64,000 nt of DNA from Candidatus Saccharimonadales bacterium (GTDB lineage Bacteria; Patescibacteriota; Saccharimonadia; Saccharimonadales; UBA10212). The position numbers were made by a program, and so were the translations under genes. The stretch is taken from NCBI GenBank assembly GCA_040900055.1, contig JBBDZU010000007.1, forward strand, positions 169,705-233,704, read 5' to 3'. Position 1 is the first letter of the stretch. Every line of letters starts with the position of its first letter. This document shows, in pieces, positions 26,461 to 36,159 of this stretch. A model generated the notes under the pieces. That model did no database searches, was not told the origin of the DNA, and saw only the letters and a program-made list of their open reading frames with translations.

Positions 26461-27515
26461 TAACGTTTAGCAGCCAAACCCCGACCGTTAAGGGCGCGGC
26501 TATATAAAATATAGCCTGGAACAAGCTGGATAAACATAGTTAACACTCTAAACATGACAGTTACAGGAATACTTAATCGTGCTGGGATGCCTGTGGCGAC
26601 TAAGACAGCCGTCATCAAACCTTCATAAATACCAATACCCGCAGGCAATACCGAAATTAATCCAGCAAAATTAGCGACCGCGTAAGCTAAAATGATTGCG
26701 CCAACATTTACTAGTTCTCCAAAAGCCAGATAAACCACATAAAGAGCCGCTACTTCTGTGGTGTTAGCAAAGAAGGTGTAAACAAAAGGCATCTTTAATG
26801 ATCGCCAATTCTTTTTGAGGATTTTATAATTTTCGTGAAGTTCTACAAAAGATGCCTGGGCTCTTTTGATGCTAATAGTCTCTGGGTATTTAGGACGAAC
26901 AATATGGACAAGCTTATTTAGTCCTTTGGTAACAAAAGTCAAAAAGGTGCTAATCCGGCTCTTGCTATCGAGAATGTATAGACCTACAAATGTGCCGACA
27001 ATTAATAGAGTAATTAAAGAACTTGCCACCACCATAACTAGGTCGTTAGCATGGCCGCGGGCAGCCAAGAAAAATAGGCCTAAAACCAACAGCGGCTGAA
27101 AGCTAACAAAAACTAACATAAATTTCATAACTTGCGTAAGAGTTGCTTGAGAAGCAGTGACATTTTGGCTACGAGCCCGAACGCTAAAATAAGAGACCCC
27201 ACTTATACCGCCACTTGGAAAAATATTGTTAACAAATTTAAGCTCCATGGTCATCTTAAACATGGCCGCGTAGGAAACAGTCTTACCTAATGTTTTAAAT
27301 AAGCTCCGGTACAGCCTAGCGTAAGCATCGTTATTTAAGATTTGAATAGGGATTAGCAAAAGCAAAGCTAGTGCATTAACCTGGCCCAAATTACTAATAA
27401 CGCCACCGATCTGATCTCTTAAGCCATAGACTAAACCAACTAAAGCTATAAACGTTACGATGGTTAAATAAAGCTTCCAGCGCGACTGCTTGAGAGGATT
27501 TATTTTTTCTTCCAT
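26460..27515 (-). CDS. Flippase-like / lysylphosphatidylglycerol-synthase TM-region family membrane protein
   Basis: 351 aa polytopic protein. The UPF0104-like pattern was judged by eye only. Confidence 0.55.
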   Translation of the reverse strand: MEEKINPLKQSRWKLYLTIVTFIALVGLVYGLRDQIGGVISNLGQVNALALLLLIPIQILNNDAYARLYRSLFKTLGKTVSYAAMFKMTMELKFVNNIFPSGGISGVSYFSVRARSQNVTASQATLTQVMKFMLVFVSFQPLLVLGLFFLAARGHANDLVMVVASSLITLLIVGTFVGLYILDSKSRISTFLTFVTKGLNKLVHIVRPKYPETISIKRAQASFVELHENYKILKKNWRSLKMPFVYTFFANTTEVAALYVVYLAFGELVNVGAIILAYAVANFAGLISVLPAGIGIYEGLMTAVLVATGIPARLSIPVTVMFRVLTMFIQLVPGYILYSRALNGRGLAAKR

Positions 27516-27555
27516 GCCTTTGTCTGATTATATAGGCTAAACTTAGATTAAAATA

Positions 27556-28809
27556 ATGGCAACACACGATTTTACGGCTCAAACATTAGTGATCTTAGGA
27601 CGTCAACCGGCGCTTGGCCTGGCTGAGCTTGAAAGTCTATATGGAGCTAGCAATCTAAGACCTATAGAGCATGGGGCACTGCTTAGGGTACCGACTGAAG
27701 AAGTTGATTTTAGACGGCTGGGCGGAACGATTAAAACCGCTCGAGTTCTTGCGGTTTTGCCTCACAATGATTGGGCCTCTGTCTCTAAATATTTAAAAGC
27801 TGAAGTCCCCAAACATCTAGCGACAGCTGTCCCCGGCAAGTTTCGGTTAGGGCTGAGTGTTTATGGCCTAGATGTTACCCTACCCCGTTTACACATGGAT
27901 CTAATGGCTATTAAAAAATCAACTAAAGGCCTTGGCCGGTCCATTAGAGTGGTTCCAAATAAAGAATTGGCGTTAAGTAGCGCCCAAGTTTTTCATAACA
28001 AATTGACACGCTTAGGCGCTTGGGAACTTTTGTTAGTTAAAAACGGCAAAAGTACCATTTTGGCCCAAACTATGTTTGTCCAAGATATTGAGGCCTACGC
28101 GGCCCGCGACCAAGCCAGGCCAAGGCGTGACGCAAAAGTTGGAATGTTGCCACCAAAGCTAGCCCAGATAATAGTCAACTTGGCCATGGGACAAGTCAAC
28201 CCTGAACGGATTAATCGATGGGATAAAGCTGAGGGAACCAAAATGTATGTAGTGTTTGATCCATTTTGTGGCACTGGTGTAATCCTGCAAGAGGCTTTAC
28301 TAATGAATTATAGCGTGTACGGCACTGATATAGATCCAAGAATGATTGAGTATACAGAGAAAAACTTACAGTGGTTAGTAAAAAAATATCCTTCTGTGGA
28401 GGGAAGAGTTGCTCTCGAAGTAGCAGACGCTACTAAGCATTCTTGGGCCGGCTATGCCGGCGTAAGATTTAGCCGGATAGCCAGCGAGGTCTATTTGGGC
28501 AGGCCACTGGGAGCTTTTCCGCCCGAAGATAAACTGAAAGAAATCGTTTCCGACACTAATACCGTCATTAAAAAATTCTTAATAAATTTGGCCACTCAGC
28601 TCCAGGACGAGCGAACGATTTGCTTGGCTCTACCTGCCTGGCGAAAGCCAGACGGCCGGTTCGTCCATTTGCCGTTGATGACTAAATTAACAGATATGGG
28701 GTATAATATTAGAAAGTTTAAGCATGTCAGCTCCGAAGATCTGATATATTACCGCGAAAATCAAGTAGTCTGTCGTGAACTGGTAGTGCTGACTAAAAGG
28801 AGTCTGTAG
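27556..28809 (+). CDS. Putative RNA/DNA methyltransferase (UPF0020/Trm11-like)
   Basis: 417 aa with the SAM motif VVFDPFCGTGVILQEA...YGTDID. Confidence 0.6.
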   Translation: MATHDFTAQTLVILGRQPALGLAELESLYGASNLRPIEHGALLRVPTEEVDFRRLGGTIKTARVLAVLPHNDWASVSKYLKAEVPKHLATAVPGKFRLGLSVYGLDVTLPRLHMDLMAIKKSTKGLGRSIRVVPNKELALSSAQVFHNKLTRLGAWELLLVKNGKSTILAQTMFVQDIEAYAARDQARPRRDAKVGMLPPKLAQIIVNLAMGQVNPERINRWDKAEGTKMYVVFDPFCGTGVILQEALLMNYSVYGTDIDPRMIEYTEKNLQWLVKKYPSVEGRVALEVADATKHSWAGYAGVRFSRIASEVYLGRPLGAFPPEDKLKEIVSDTNTVIKKFLINLATQLQDERTICLALPAWRKPDGRFVHLPLMTKLTDMGYNIRKFKHVSSEDLIYYRENQVVCRELVVLTKRSL

Positions 28810-29082
28810 GTGAGTAAAACTAAAGCCGGCGGTACAGCCAAAAATGTCCATGACAGTCCGGGCCAGCGACTTGGACTTAAGGTATTTGGCGGCCAAAAAG
28901 TTAGAACCGGTGATATTATTGTTCGCCAAATTGGCATGACTAAAAGGGCCGGCCCCGGCACTTTTTTGTCGCGGAATTTCACAATTCACGCCGCCAAAGA
29001 CGGCATAGTTAAGTTTGTCCCCCGCAAGTTTAAGAATTTTGGCGGACGTAGCATACCGCGAACCGAAGTTAGAGTCGAGTAA
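28810..29082 (+). CDS. rpmA: 50S ribosomal protein L27
   Basis: GTG start directly after the upstream stop. SKTKAGGTAKNVHDSPGQRLGLKVFGGQ. Confidence 0.95.
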   Translation: MSKTKAGGTAKNVHDSPGQRLGLKVFGGQKVRTGDIIVRQIGMTKRAGPGTFLSRNFTIHAAKDGIVKFVPRKFKNFGGRSIPRTEVRVE

Positions 29083-30733
29083 GAGCAGTTTTAGTCTGAG
29101 TTTTAGCGGCCTTAGTTTGGTGAGCAAGGGCCGCTTTTATTAATCCTAAAAATAGCGGATGAGGGCGCTCCGGTCGCGAACGGAATTCCGGGTGAGCTTG
29201 AGTAGTCATAAAATAAGGATGGTCTACGGCTTCTATCATCTCAACTAGATTACCGTCTGGTGACACCCCACTTGCGGCTACTCCCCATTTTTTGTATTGG
29301 TTACGGTATTTATTGTTCGCCTCATAGCGATGACGATGCCGCTCGACAATATGGCTTTCGCCGTAAATCCGGCGAGCTAGGCTCCCGGCTGCTACCTGGC
29401 AGGGATAGTCCCCGAGTCGCATTGAACCGCCAGTATTTTCTTTGCCCTTTTGGTCGGCCATAGTTGCAATTACTGGGTGCTGGGTTTTAGGGTTAAATTC
29501 GGTGGAATTAGCGCTCGTTAACCCGGCTCGGCGGGCGGCAGCGATAAGGCCGACTTGCAAGCCTAAACATAGCCCTAGGTACGGAACTTTATTATCAAGG
29601 CTATAAGTGGCAGCCATCACCTTACCTTCAATGCCACGGCCCCCAAAGCCGCCAGGCACCACGATACCGTTTAGCGTGGCAAGCAGCCCGGTACCTGCGC
29701 GGTCTTTTGAGAGAGTCTCGGCATTAACCCAAACAATATCAATATTAACTTTTGCCGACCACGCCGCGGAACGCAAAGCCTCAAAGACAGACATGTAGGT
29801 ATCGGAGTTATTTAAATACTTGGCAATGACTCCAATTCGGATAGTTCTAGGGTAAATTGTTTTGGCACTTTCAACCATGCGGCTCCAAGCTGTTAGGTTA
29901 GGGCGCTTAGTTTTAAGTGACAGATGCCAGCCGATAACCTCGGCTAGTCCGGATGCCTCGAGATACAAAGGTACTTCGTAAATTGTCTGAGCATTAGGCA
30001 GCAATACTATAGCTTCTTGGCTCACGCCACTATATAAGCTTAGTTTTGGCAGGACTGACTTAGGCGGCCGTGTTTCACTTCTGGCAATCAATACATCCGG
30101 GACGATACCTAAGCTTCTTAGTTCCCGCACAGCATTTTGAGCTGGTTTTGTTTTAAATTCACCGCTGGCACCAAGGTACGGTAAATAAACTACCTGCACG
30201 AACAAGCAATTTGCCCGATCAAGTTTAATCGACATTTCGCGGATGGCTTCTATAAAGCTAAGCGATTCATAATCGCCAATAGTACCGCCGACCTCCACGA
30301 TATGGACGTCAAATCCCCTGCCAGTTTCGGCAATAGTTTTTTGGATATGACTTGTAACGTGAGGAATAATTTGGACAGTAGTGCCTAAATACTTGCCAGC
30401 TCGCTCGTCATTTATAACTTCGCTTAAGATGAGGCCAGACATTAAGCTACTGCTACTTTTTAGCTCAATATCTAAAAAACGCTCATAATGGCCTAGGTCT
30501 AAATCGGTTTCGGCGCCGTCGCAGGTCACAAAACATTCGCCGTGCTCTGCTGGATTCAAGGTACCGGCATCAACATTTAAATAAGGGTCGCACTTTTGGA
30601 TGTTTACGGATAGTCCTTGGGCTTTTAGGATGGTGCCGATAGAAGCGGCGGTGATGCCTTTACCGACGCCCGATAATACGCCGCCGGTTACAAATATAAA
30701 CTTAGTCTGCCGCTTGGGCACCGATGTCATCAT
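29069..30733 (-). CDS. pyrG: CTP synthase
   Basis: 554 aa with VTGGVLSGVGKGI, GLCLGLQ and HRHRYE. Confidence 0.96.
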   Translation of the reverse strand: MMTSVPKRQTKFIFVTGGVLSGVGKGITAASIGTILKAQGLSVNIQKCDPYLNVDAGTLNPAEHGECFVTCDGAETDLDLGHYERFLDIELKSSSSLMSGLILSEVINDERAGKYLGTTVQIIPHVTSHIQKTIAETGRGFDVHIVEVGGTIGDYESLSFIEAIREMSIKLDRANCLFVQVVYLPYLGASGEFKTKPAQNAVRELRSLGIVPDVLIARSETRPPKSVLPKLSLYSGVSQEAIVLLPNAQTIYEVPLYLEASGLAEVIGWHLSLKTKRPNLTAWSRMVESAKTIYPRTIRIGVIAKYLNNSDTYMSVFEALRSAAWSAKVNIDIVWVNAETLSKDRAGTGLLATLNGIVVPGGFGGRGIEGKVMAATYSLDNKVPYLGLCLGLQVGLIAAARRAGLTSANSTEFNPKTQHPVIATMADQKGKENTGGSMRLGDYPCQVAAGSLARRIYGESHIVERHRHRYEANNKYRNQYKKWGVAASGVSPDGNLVEMIEAVDHPYFMTTQAHPEFRSRPERPHPLFLGLIKAALAHQTKAAKTQTKTALTRL

Positions 30734-30794
30734 CCTTGCTCATAGCTGGTTAGATACTACCACAGGCCCAAAGCCTGGGACAATTTAAAAGCCG

Positions 30795-32009
30795 TTATCT
30801 GGCCCCTATGAGGTCAAAAGCTTTATCTTTTTGCGGATCGCGTGAAGCCTTACGATCTTCTTCGCTCAAACCAACAGTCACATCTGGGGCAATTCCTTGC
30901 TTGTCTATGTTGCCCCCATCTGGCGTATACCATCGGGCTATAGTTACTTTAAGCTCCGCGCCGCCAGACAGTCGCTCCACTTGCTGAACACTGCCCTTGC
31001 CAAAGGTTTTTATACCAACGAGTGTGGCCAAGTCGTGATCGCCCAATGCCCCCGCCAAAATTTCGCTGGCGCTGGCACTGCCCTCATCAACTAGAACAAC
31101 TGTTGGCAAGCCTTTTAAAATATTGCCCCCGATGGCGTATTCGGTGCCCACTACCTGGGACCCTCGGCGCTGAGTGACCACCGCCTGACCTTCATCAAGC
31201 CAAAGACTAGAGACCCCAACAGCTCCTTTTAAATAACCGCCTGGGTTGCCCCTAAGATCAAGCACTATGCCTTTAACGTTTTGTTTTTTAAAATCGGCAG
31301 CCGCCGCTTTTGCCAGCGCCACAGTGTCATCTGTAAATTGGCTTATCTTTATATAGCCAACATTTCCCTCTACCTGGTGCTTTACGCTTACAACGGTTAT
31401 CTTAGCCCTTGTTATAGTTACTTCGAAGGGGGCTGCCTGGCCACGAACGATACCCAGTGTAACCTTGGTGCCAGCCGGGCCGCGAATTTTTTGGACTGCC
31501 GCACCCACAGACGTATCGGCGGTGGACTGTCCATTAATCGATACAATTTTGTCTTTTGGTTTTAAGCCAGCCTTTTCGGCCGGATAACCCGCCAGCGGCG
31601 CCACAATAACAATCGAACCCTCAGTGTCAGTGCCCAACTCGGCACCAATGCCGGCAAAAGTACCGCTTAGTGCCTCGTTAAATAGTTTTGCCTGCGCTGG
31701 GTTAAAGTACTCGGTGTATGGATCACCAGCTGCCTCTACTAAGCCGCTTTTTAGCCCATCTAAAAGTTTGGCCCTATCTAGGCTACCATCGTAATTAGCC
31801 TTTAAGGTTTGATAGGCCTCGTCGACCGATGAATAGTTTAGCTGGCCCTGATAGGTTGGCCGGGCGGCCTGCGTACTTAGGCCTTCAAAATAAATGTCGC
31901 CTCGGCCGACGACTACGCCGGTACCAAATAAAATAACCACCAAAGCCAAAGTCGCTAGCCCCCGTAACAACAAGTGACGGCGACCCCGCGCACCTACCCT
32001 TTTAATCAT
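30795..32009 (-). CDS. S41 C-terminal processing peptidase with PDZ domain
   Basis: 404 aa. DLRGNPGGYL, GSASASEI, TFGKGSVQ. Confidence 0.9.
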   Translation of the reverse strand: MIKRVGARGRRHLLLRGLATLALVVILFGTGVVVGRGDIYFEGLSTQAARPTYQGQLNYSSVDEAYQTLKANYDGSLDRAKLLDGLKSGLVEAAGDPYTEYFNPAQAKLFNEALSGTFAGIGAELGTDTEGSIVIVAPLAGYPAEKAGLKPKDKIVSINGQSTADTSVGAAVQKIRGPAGTKVTLGIVRGQAAPFEVTITRAKITVVSVKHQVEGNVGYIKISQFTDDTVALAKAAAADFKKQNVKGIVLDLRGNPGGYLKGAVGVSSLWLDEGQAVVTQRRGSQVVGTEYAIGGNILKGLPTVVLVDEGSASASEILAGALGDHDLATLVGIKTFGKGSVQQVERLSGGAELKVTIARWYTPDGGNIDKQGIAPDVTVGLSEEDRKASRDPQKDKAFDLIGAR

Positions 32010-32067
32010 TTAAACCATTATAGCTTATACGGGTTTTAGGCTCTTAAGAGTCTTTCTGAGTTCTTTA

Positions 32068-33270
32068 TTAGAAATAAACGAAGAGTAGTCCGGCTGGGCT
32101 AATAACATTAGCGTCGTATTTGCCGGTGCCCGCCCGGTTATAGTCACTGACCAATATGGAGCCGTCCTCGTTGACGGCTTCGACATACATTACGTGACCA
32201 TAAAAGCCAAAGTTACTAACGGCGACCGCTCCTACTTTAGGAGTGGAGCTGACTACGTAGCCCTTTCCGGGAGCTCTGTTGTCCCATTGGTTGGCATTGC
32301 CCATGCCGCTTGGTACATAACCGCCGGAGCTTCTAATCCTAAAGGAAACCCAGTCTGTGCAGTTACGAAAACCATAACCGCCAGTCTGCCAGTTATAAAT
32401 CGAGCCGCCAACTGCCCAGTCGTAATTAGAGCACCAGCCCTCTACGTTTCCGGTGTGAATACATTTAGCATAGCCCCACGGATAACCACCACCACCTAGA
32501 CGACCGCCACTGCCACCAAATCGCCGAATATTCTCCAGAGCCTGCTGGCGCTTCAGTTCGGCAATTTTAGCGTTATTGGACTTAATTTTTTGGGTATAGC
32601 CCGCTTGTTGACCTTCGGTGTAGGCCAGCAGTTGACTCTGTTCGTTCCGGTCGGCGCTTAGGTTGTTTTGCAGCTGAGTTTGTTCGGCAATTAGACGCTC
32701 AACTGTATTTTTTTGGACCACAAGCTCTTGTTTAAGCTGGGCAATTTTGTCAACGGTTGCTGTAATTTTATCCTGGACCGCATTGCGATATTGCTCGCGA
32801 TCAATAAATTCACCCAAAGACTTGCTAGCTGCTAAAATTTCTAAAGTAGAGATTTGGCTTTCTAAATACATAGTTTTGATGTTTTGGCCTAGCACATCTT
32901 TTTGTCTGGCTAGCTCTTCTTCGGCAGCTATAATATCGCGCTGAAGCTGGGCATGTTTATTCTGGTTGGCCACTATTTGAGCTTGCACGCCATTAATTCG
33001 GTCCTGCAACCTATTGATAGCGCTTTGGTAAGAGTCGGCCTCGACCTCCAGCTCATCAACTGCCGATTGGTGGCTAGCATTTTCTTCACGAAGGCCTGAG
33101 ATGTCGTCGTCTAAGTGGTTGGCATAGACTAAGCTGGTAGAGATTACGGCTATGGTAAATAATGAAGATAGCACCAAGATGCTAAAGCGCTTAGGCATAA
33201 GTCTTATTTTATTTAATTTTTGTTTTAGCATTAACAAGTTAGTAATAGCATACCCCTTATAGTTAGTCAA
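32068..33270 (-). CDS. Coiled-coil plus CHAP-domain peptidoglycan hydrolase (PcsB-like)
   Basis: 400 aa. About 230 aa of heptad-rich coiled coil, a Gly linker, then a CHAP domain (NCTDWVSFR, YGHVMYVE). Located directly downstream of ftsEX. Confidence 0.75.
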   Translation of the reverse strand: MTNYKGYAITNLLMLKQKLNKIRLMPKRFSILVLSSLFTIAVISTSLVYANHLDDDISGLREENASHQSAVDELEVEADSYQSAINRLQDRINGVQAQIVANQNKHAQLQRDIIAAEEELARQKDVLGQNIKTMYLESQISTLEILAASKSLGEFIDREQYRNAVQDKITATVDKIAQLKQELVVQKNTVERLIAEQTQLQNNLSADRNEQSQLLAYTEGQQAGYTQKIKSNNAKIAELKRQQALENIRRFGGSGGRLGGGGYPWGYAKCIHTGNVEGWCSNYDWAVGGSIYNWQTGGYGFRNCTDWVSFRIRSSGGYVPSGMGNANQWDNRAPGKGYVVSSTPKVGAVAVSNFGFYGHVMYVEAVNEDGSILVSDYNRAGTGKYDANVISPAGLLFVYF

Positions 33271-33346
33271 CTCTTAGGGGCTTTTGAAAACATCAAGATC
33301 AAAGGCCCAAAAAAGTTAGTTTAAATTTTTCTTTATCAAATGTTTA

Positions 33347-34291
33347 TTAACGATGGAGCTTTAGATAGCGCCGCGTAGCGATAGCTGACGATGCGGCCCC
33401 GATGAGTATACCAATGGCGATTTGGATAGTCAAAATTCGCCAAAAATGACCAGTAAAGTAAGTGCTGGAATAGCCAATATCAAGTAGCCCGAAGCTGCTA
33501 GCTTGCAAAGTAGAGGAGGCTATTTTAAATAGCGCCGCGCAAATCGCTAAAGAAATAGCGGCGGCTACCACCCCATAAAGCATGGTCTCTACCACAAAGG
33601 GGCCGCGGATATAAGAGGTACTGGCTCCAAGTAACCGCATGATAATCAGCTCGTCACGACGATTAAAGATGGCCATGCGAATAGTGTTAAAAATAATTAG
33701 AGTCGAGATGATCAAAAAGACAATAATGCCGACTACTCCCGCTTGCTGGAAAAAACCGGTAGCTTTGGTGATATTATCGATAGCTCGCCGACGATCACCA
33801 GAATAATCACTGGGGTCAGATTGCAGCGCCTTAACCTCGGGCTTATCGATAAAATCTCTGATTTGCTGTAAGCGATTAGGGTCTTTAGGTGTGATTCTAA
33901 GCGAAGCTGGCAGCGGATTGTCGGTTTGGGATATAGCTGCAAGTAGCTTTGGGTTGTCGATGTTGGCAGCCTGATAATTCTTTAGAGCTTCTTCCTTGGA
34001 AAGATAAGAAACAGATTTAACATTATCAGCCTTGTAAAGCTGGCTGGTTAAATTGTCGCGCTGTTCGGTGGTTACAGAATCTTTAAGATAAACCGAAACA
34101 CTAATATTACTGAGCAGGTCGTCAATAGTGCGGCTAAATGTAGCATTGGCCACTACTCCAAAAAGCAAAATTGTAAGCGTAATACCCATCATGGCAATTG
34201 CCGCGATGGCCAGCCAGATATTGCGGCCAAAATTAATCACCCCGCTTTTGAGGATTCTCTCGATAGTTATCAACCTGCGGGAATTTCTCAT
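33347..34291 (-). CDS. ftsX: Cell division permease-like protein FtsX
   Basis: 314 aa with four-TM FtsX topology, adjacent to ftsE. Confidence 0.88.
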   Translation of the reverse strand: MRNSRRLITIERILKSGVINFGRNIWLAIAAIAMMGITLTILLFGVVANATFSRTIDDLLSNISVSVYLKDSVTTEQRDNLTSQLYKADNVKSVSYLSKEEALKNYQAANIDNPKLLAAISQTDNPLPASLRITPKDPNRLQQIRDFIDKPEVKALQSDPSDYSGDRRRAIDNITKATGFFQQAGVVGIIVFLIISTLIIFNTIRMAIFNRRDELIIMRLLGASTSYIRGPFVVETMLYGVVAAAISLAICAALFKIASSTLQASSFGLLDIGYSSTYFTGHFWRILTIQIAIGILIGAASSAIATRRYLKLHR

Positions 34292-34295
34292 TTGT

Positions 34296-34982
34296 TTAAG
34301 CCTTGTATTGGCCCACGGCCCGGTCGGAAGTTATTCTGCCGTCAGAAATCGTGACTACTCGACGTTTTAAGGCATTCACAATATCTTGGTTATGTGTGGT
34401 CAAAAGGACAGTCGTACCAAAGCGATTAACCTTCTCCAGGACTTTAATGACGTCCCAAGCATGCTTGGGGTCTAGGTTCCCTGTCGGTTCATCGGCGATT
34501 AGGATTTTTGGCTGCCGGACAATTGCCCGGGCGATAGCTACTCGCTGACGTTCACCGCCAGATAACTCTAAGGGGTAGCTGCCGGCCTTATCTTTTAAGC
34601 CAACAACATCAAGTACTTTGGGGACAGTGTGCTTGATTTCGGCATTAGAAATACCGGCAATCTCTAAAGCAAAAGCCGTGTTCTCGTAGGCCGTTTTATT
34701 AAGTAGTAGTTTAAAGTCTTGAAAAACTACGCCAATCTTACGCCTAAGCAACGGTATGTCTTTATCTTTAAGCTTGTCGTAGTCCATACCTCCAACAATA
34801 ATTTTGCCGCTGGTTGGTTTTTCCTCGCGTGTTAGCAGTTTAAAAAGTGTCGACTTGCCGGCGCCGGATGGACCCACAATAATTACAAACTCCTTAGGCT
34901 CTACATGCAAACTTACCCTCTCTAAGGCCGAACTTCTCCGGGCATAGGTCTTGGTGACCCTATCTAGCAAAATCATTCGCAC
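34296..34982 (-). CDS. ftsE: Cell division ATP-binding protein FtsE
   Basis: GPSGAGKST, LSGGERQR, ILIADEPT. Confidence 0.93.
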   Translation of the reverse strand: MRMILLDRVTKTYARRSSALERVSLHVEPKEFVIIVGPSGAGKSTLFKLLTREEKPTSGKIIVGGMDYDKLKDKDIPLLRRKIGVVFQDFKLLLNKTAYENTAFALEIAGISNAEIKHTVPKVLDVVGLKDKAGSYPLELSGGERQRVAIARAIVRQPKILIADEPTGNLDPKHAWDVIKVLEKVNRFGTTVLLTTHNQDIVNALKRRVVTISDGRITSDRAVGQYKA

Positions 34983-35012
34983 TTAATTATAACAAAGTGG
35001 CATTTACAGTCT

Positions 35013-36101
35013 TTAAGCGGTTTGGCGAACTTTGAGCCCAGCTTCGATAAGTGGATCGATTTTGCCAGCTAAGACGTTCTCGACATCACTTGACTCATAG
35101 CCAGACCTAAGGTCCTTGACTTGCTTATACGGGTGTAGGACGTAGTTTCGTATTTGGTTACCGAACTCGGCACTTTGACTTGGCCCCTTAATTTCCGCCA
35201 GATTTTTAGCATGTTGCTCTAATTTAAGTTGAGTAAGTTTTGAGCGCAAAATTGTTAGGGCTGTTTGCTTATTTTGCATCTGGGAGCGTTCATTTTGAAT
35301 ACTAACCGAAATCCCGGTTGGAATATGTGTAAGCCGCACCGCGGAATCGGTGGTATTAACCGATTGGCCGCCGCGGCCGCCAGAACGAAAGACATCTATT
35401 TTCAAATCTTCGTCGCTAATGTCTGCCTCCCCGGGACTATCGATTAAGGGCAGAACTTCAACTTTGGCGAAACTAGTTTGCCTAAGGTTAGCGGCATTAA
35501 AGGGACTGAGTCGTACCAGCCTATGGACACCATGTTCACCGCCTAAGCGGCCATACAAGAATTGACCTCCAGTAATCTCAATGGTTGCGCTTTTGATGCC
35601 AGCCTCTTCCCCGACAGATTCTTCCAGCGGTTTGACCTTAAGCTTGTGGCTTTCGGCCCAGCGGACATACATTCTAAGCAGCATCTGTGCCCAGTCTTGA
35701 GCGTCTGTACCTCCAGCACCGGCATAGATAGCTAAAATGACGCCATGATCATCATAGGGTCCGTTAAGAAATGTCGCTTCGTTCAGCTCATCTAGACGGC
35801 TTTGTAGCATCTTAAGCTTAGAGTTGAGCTCGGACATCATATCGGTGTCGTATAGCTGAACTAGCTCGCTAAGTTCAGAGGCTTCATCAGAAAGGGCTTT
35901 AATCGGTTGGACCTGGCGCTCTAGTTGGGCATAACGCTTGCTAACAGTCTGTGCACGACCGCTGTCTTGCCAGAAATCTGCTTGGGACATTTGCTCTTTG
36001 AGTTCTGCTAGTTCGGCAAATCTGTCATCCAGTTTAGCTTTAGCTAACTTGGCCGCTATACCCTCCTTGAGCTGCCTGACTTTCTTTTGCAGATCATCCA
36101 T
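35013..36101 (-). CDS. prfB: Peptide chain release factor 2, encoded in a single frame
   Basis: 362 aa with SPF (RLSPFNA) and GGQ (GGRGGQSVN) motifs. No in-frame stop or frameshift near codon 25. Confidence 0.93.
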   Translation of the reverse strand: MDDLQKKVRQLKEGIAAKLAKAKLDDRFAELAELKEQMSQADFWQDSGRAQTVSKRYAQLERQVQPIKALSDEASELSELVQLYDTDMMSELNSKLKMLQSRLDELNEATFLNGPYDDHGVILAIYAGAGGTDAQDWAQMLLRMYVRWAESHKLKVKPLEESVGEEAGIKSATIEITGGQFLYGRLGGEHGVHRLVRLSPFNAANLRQTSFAKVEVLPLIDSPGEADISDEDLKIDVFRSGGRGGQSVNTTDSAVRLTHIPTGISVSIQNERSQMQNKQTALTILRSKLTQLKLEQHAKNLAEIKGPSQSAEFGNQIRNYVLHPYKQVKDLRSGYESSDVENVLAGKIDPLIEAGLKVRQTA

Positions 36102-36159
36102 ATTTAAACATTCTACACTTTAAGGTGCTAAACTAGCTCACTACGAATGACGTCAGCTT

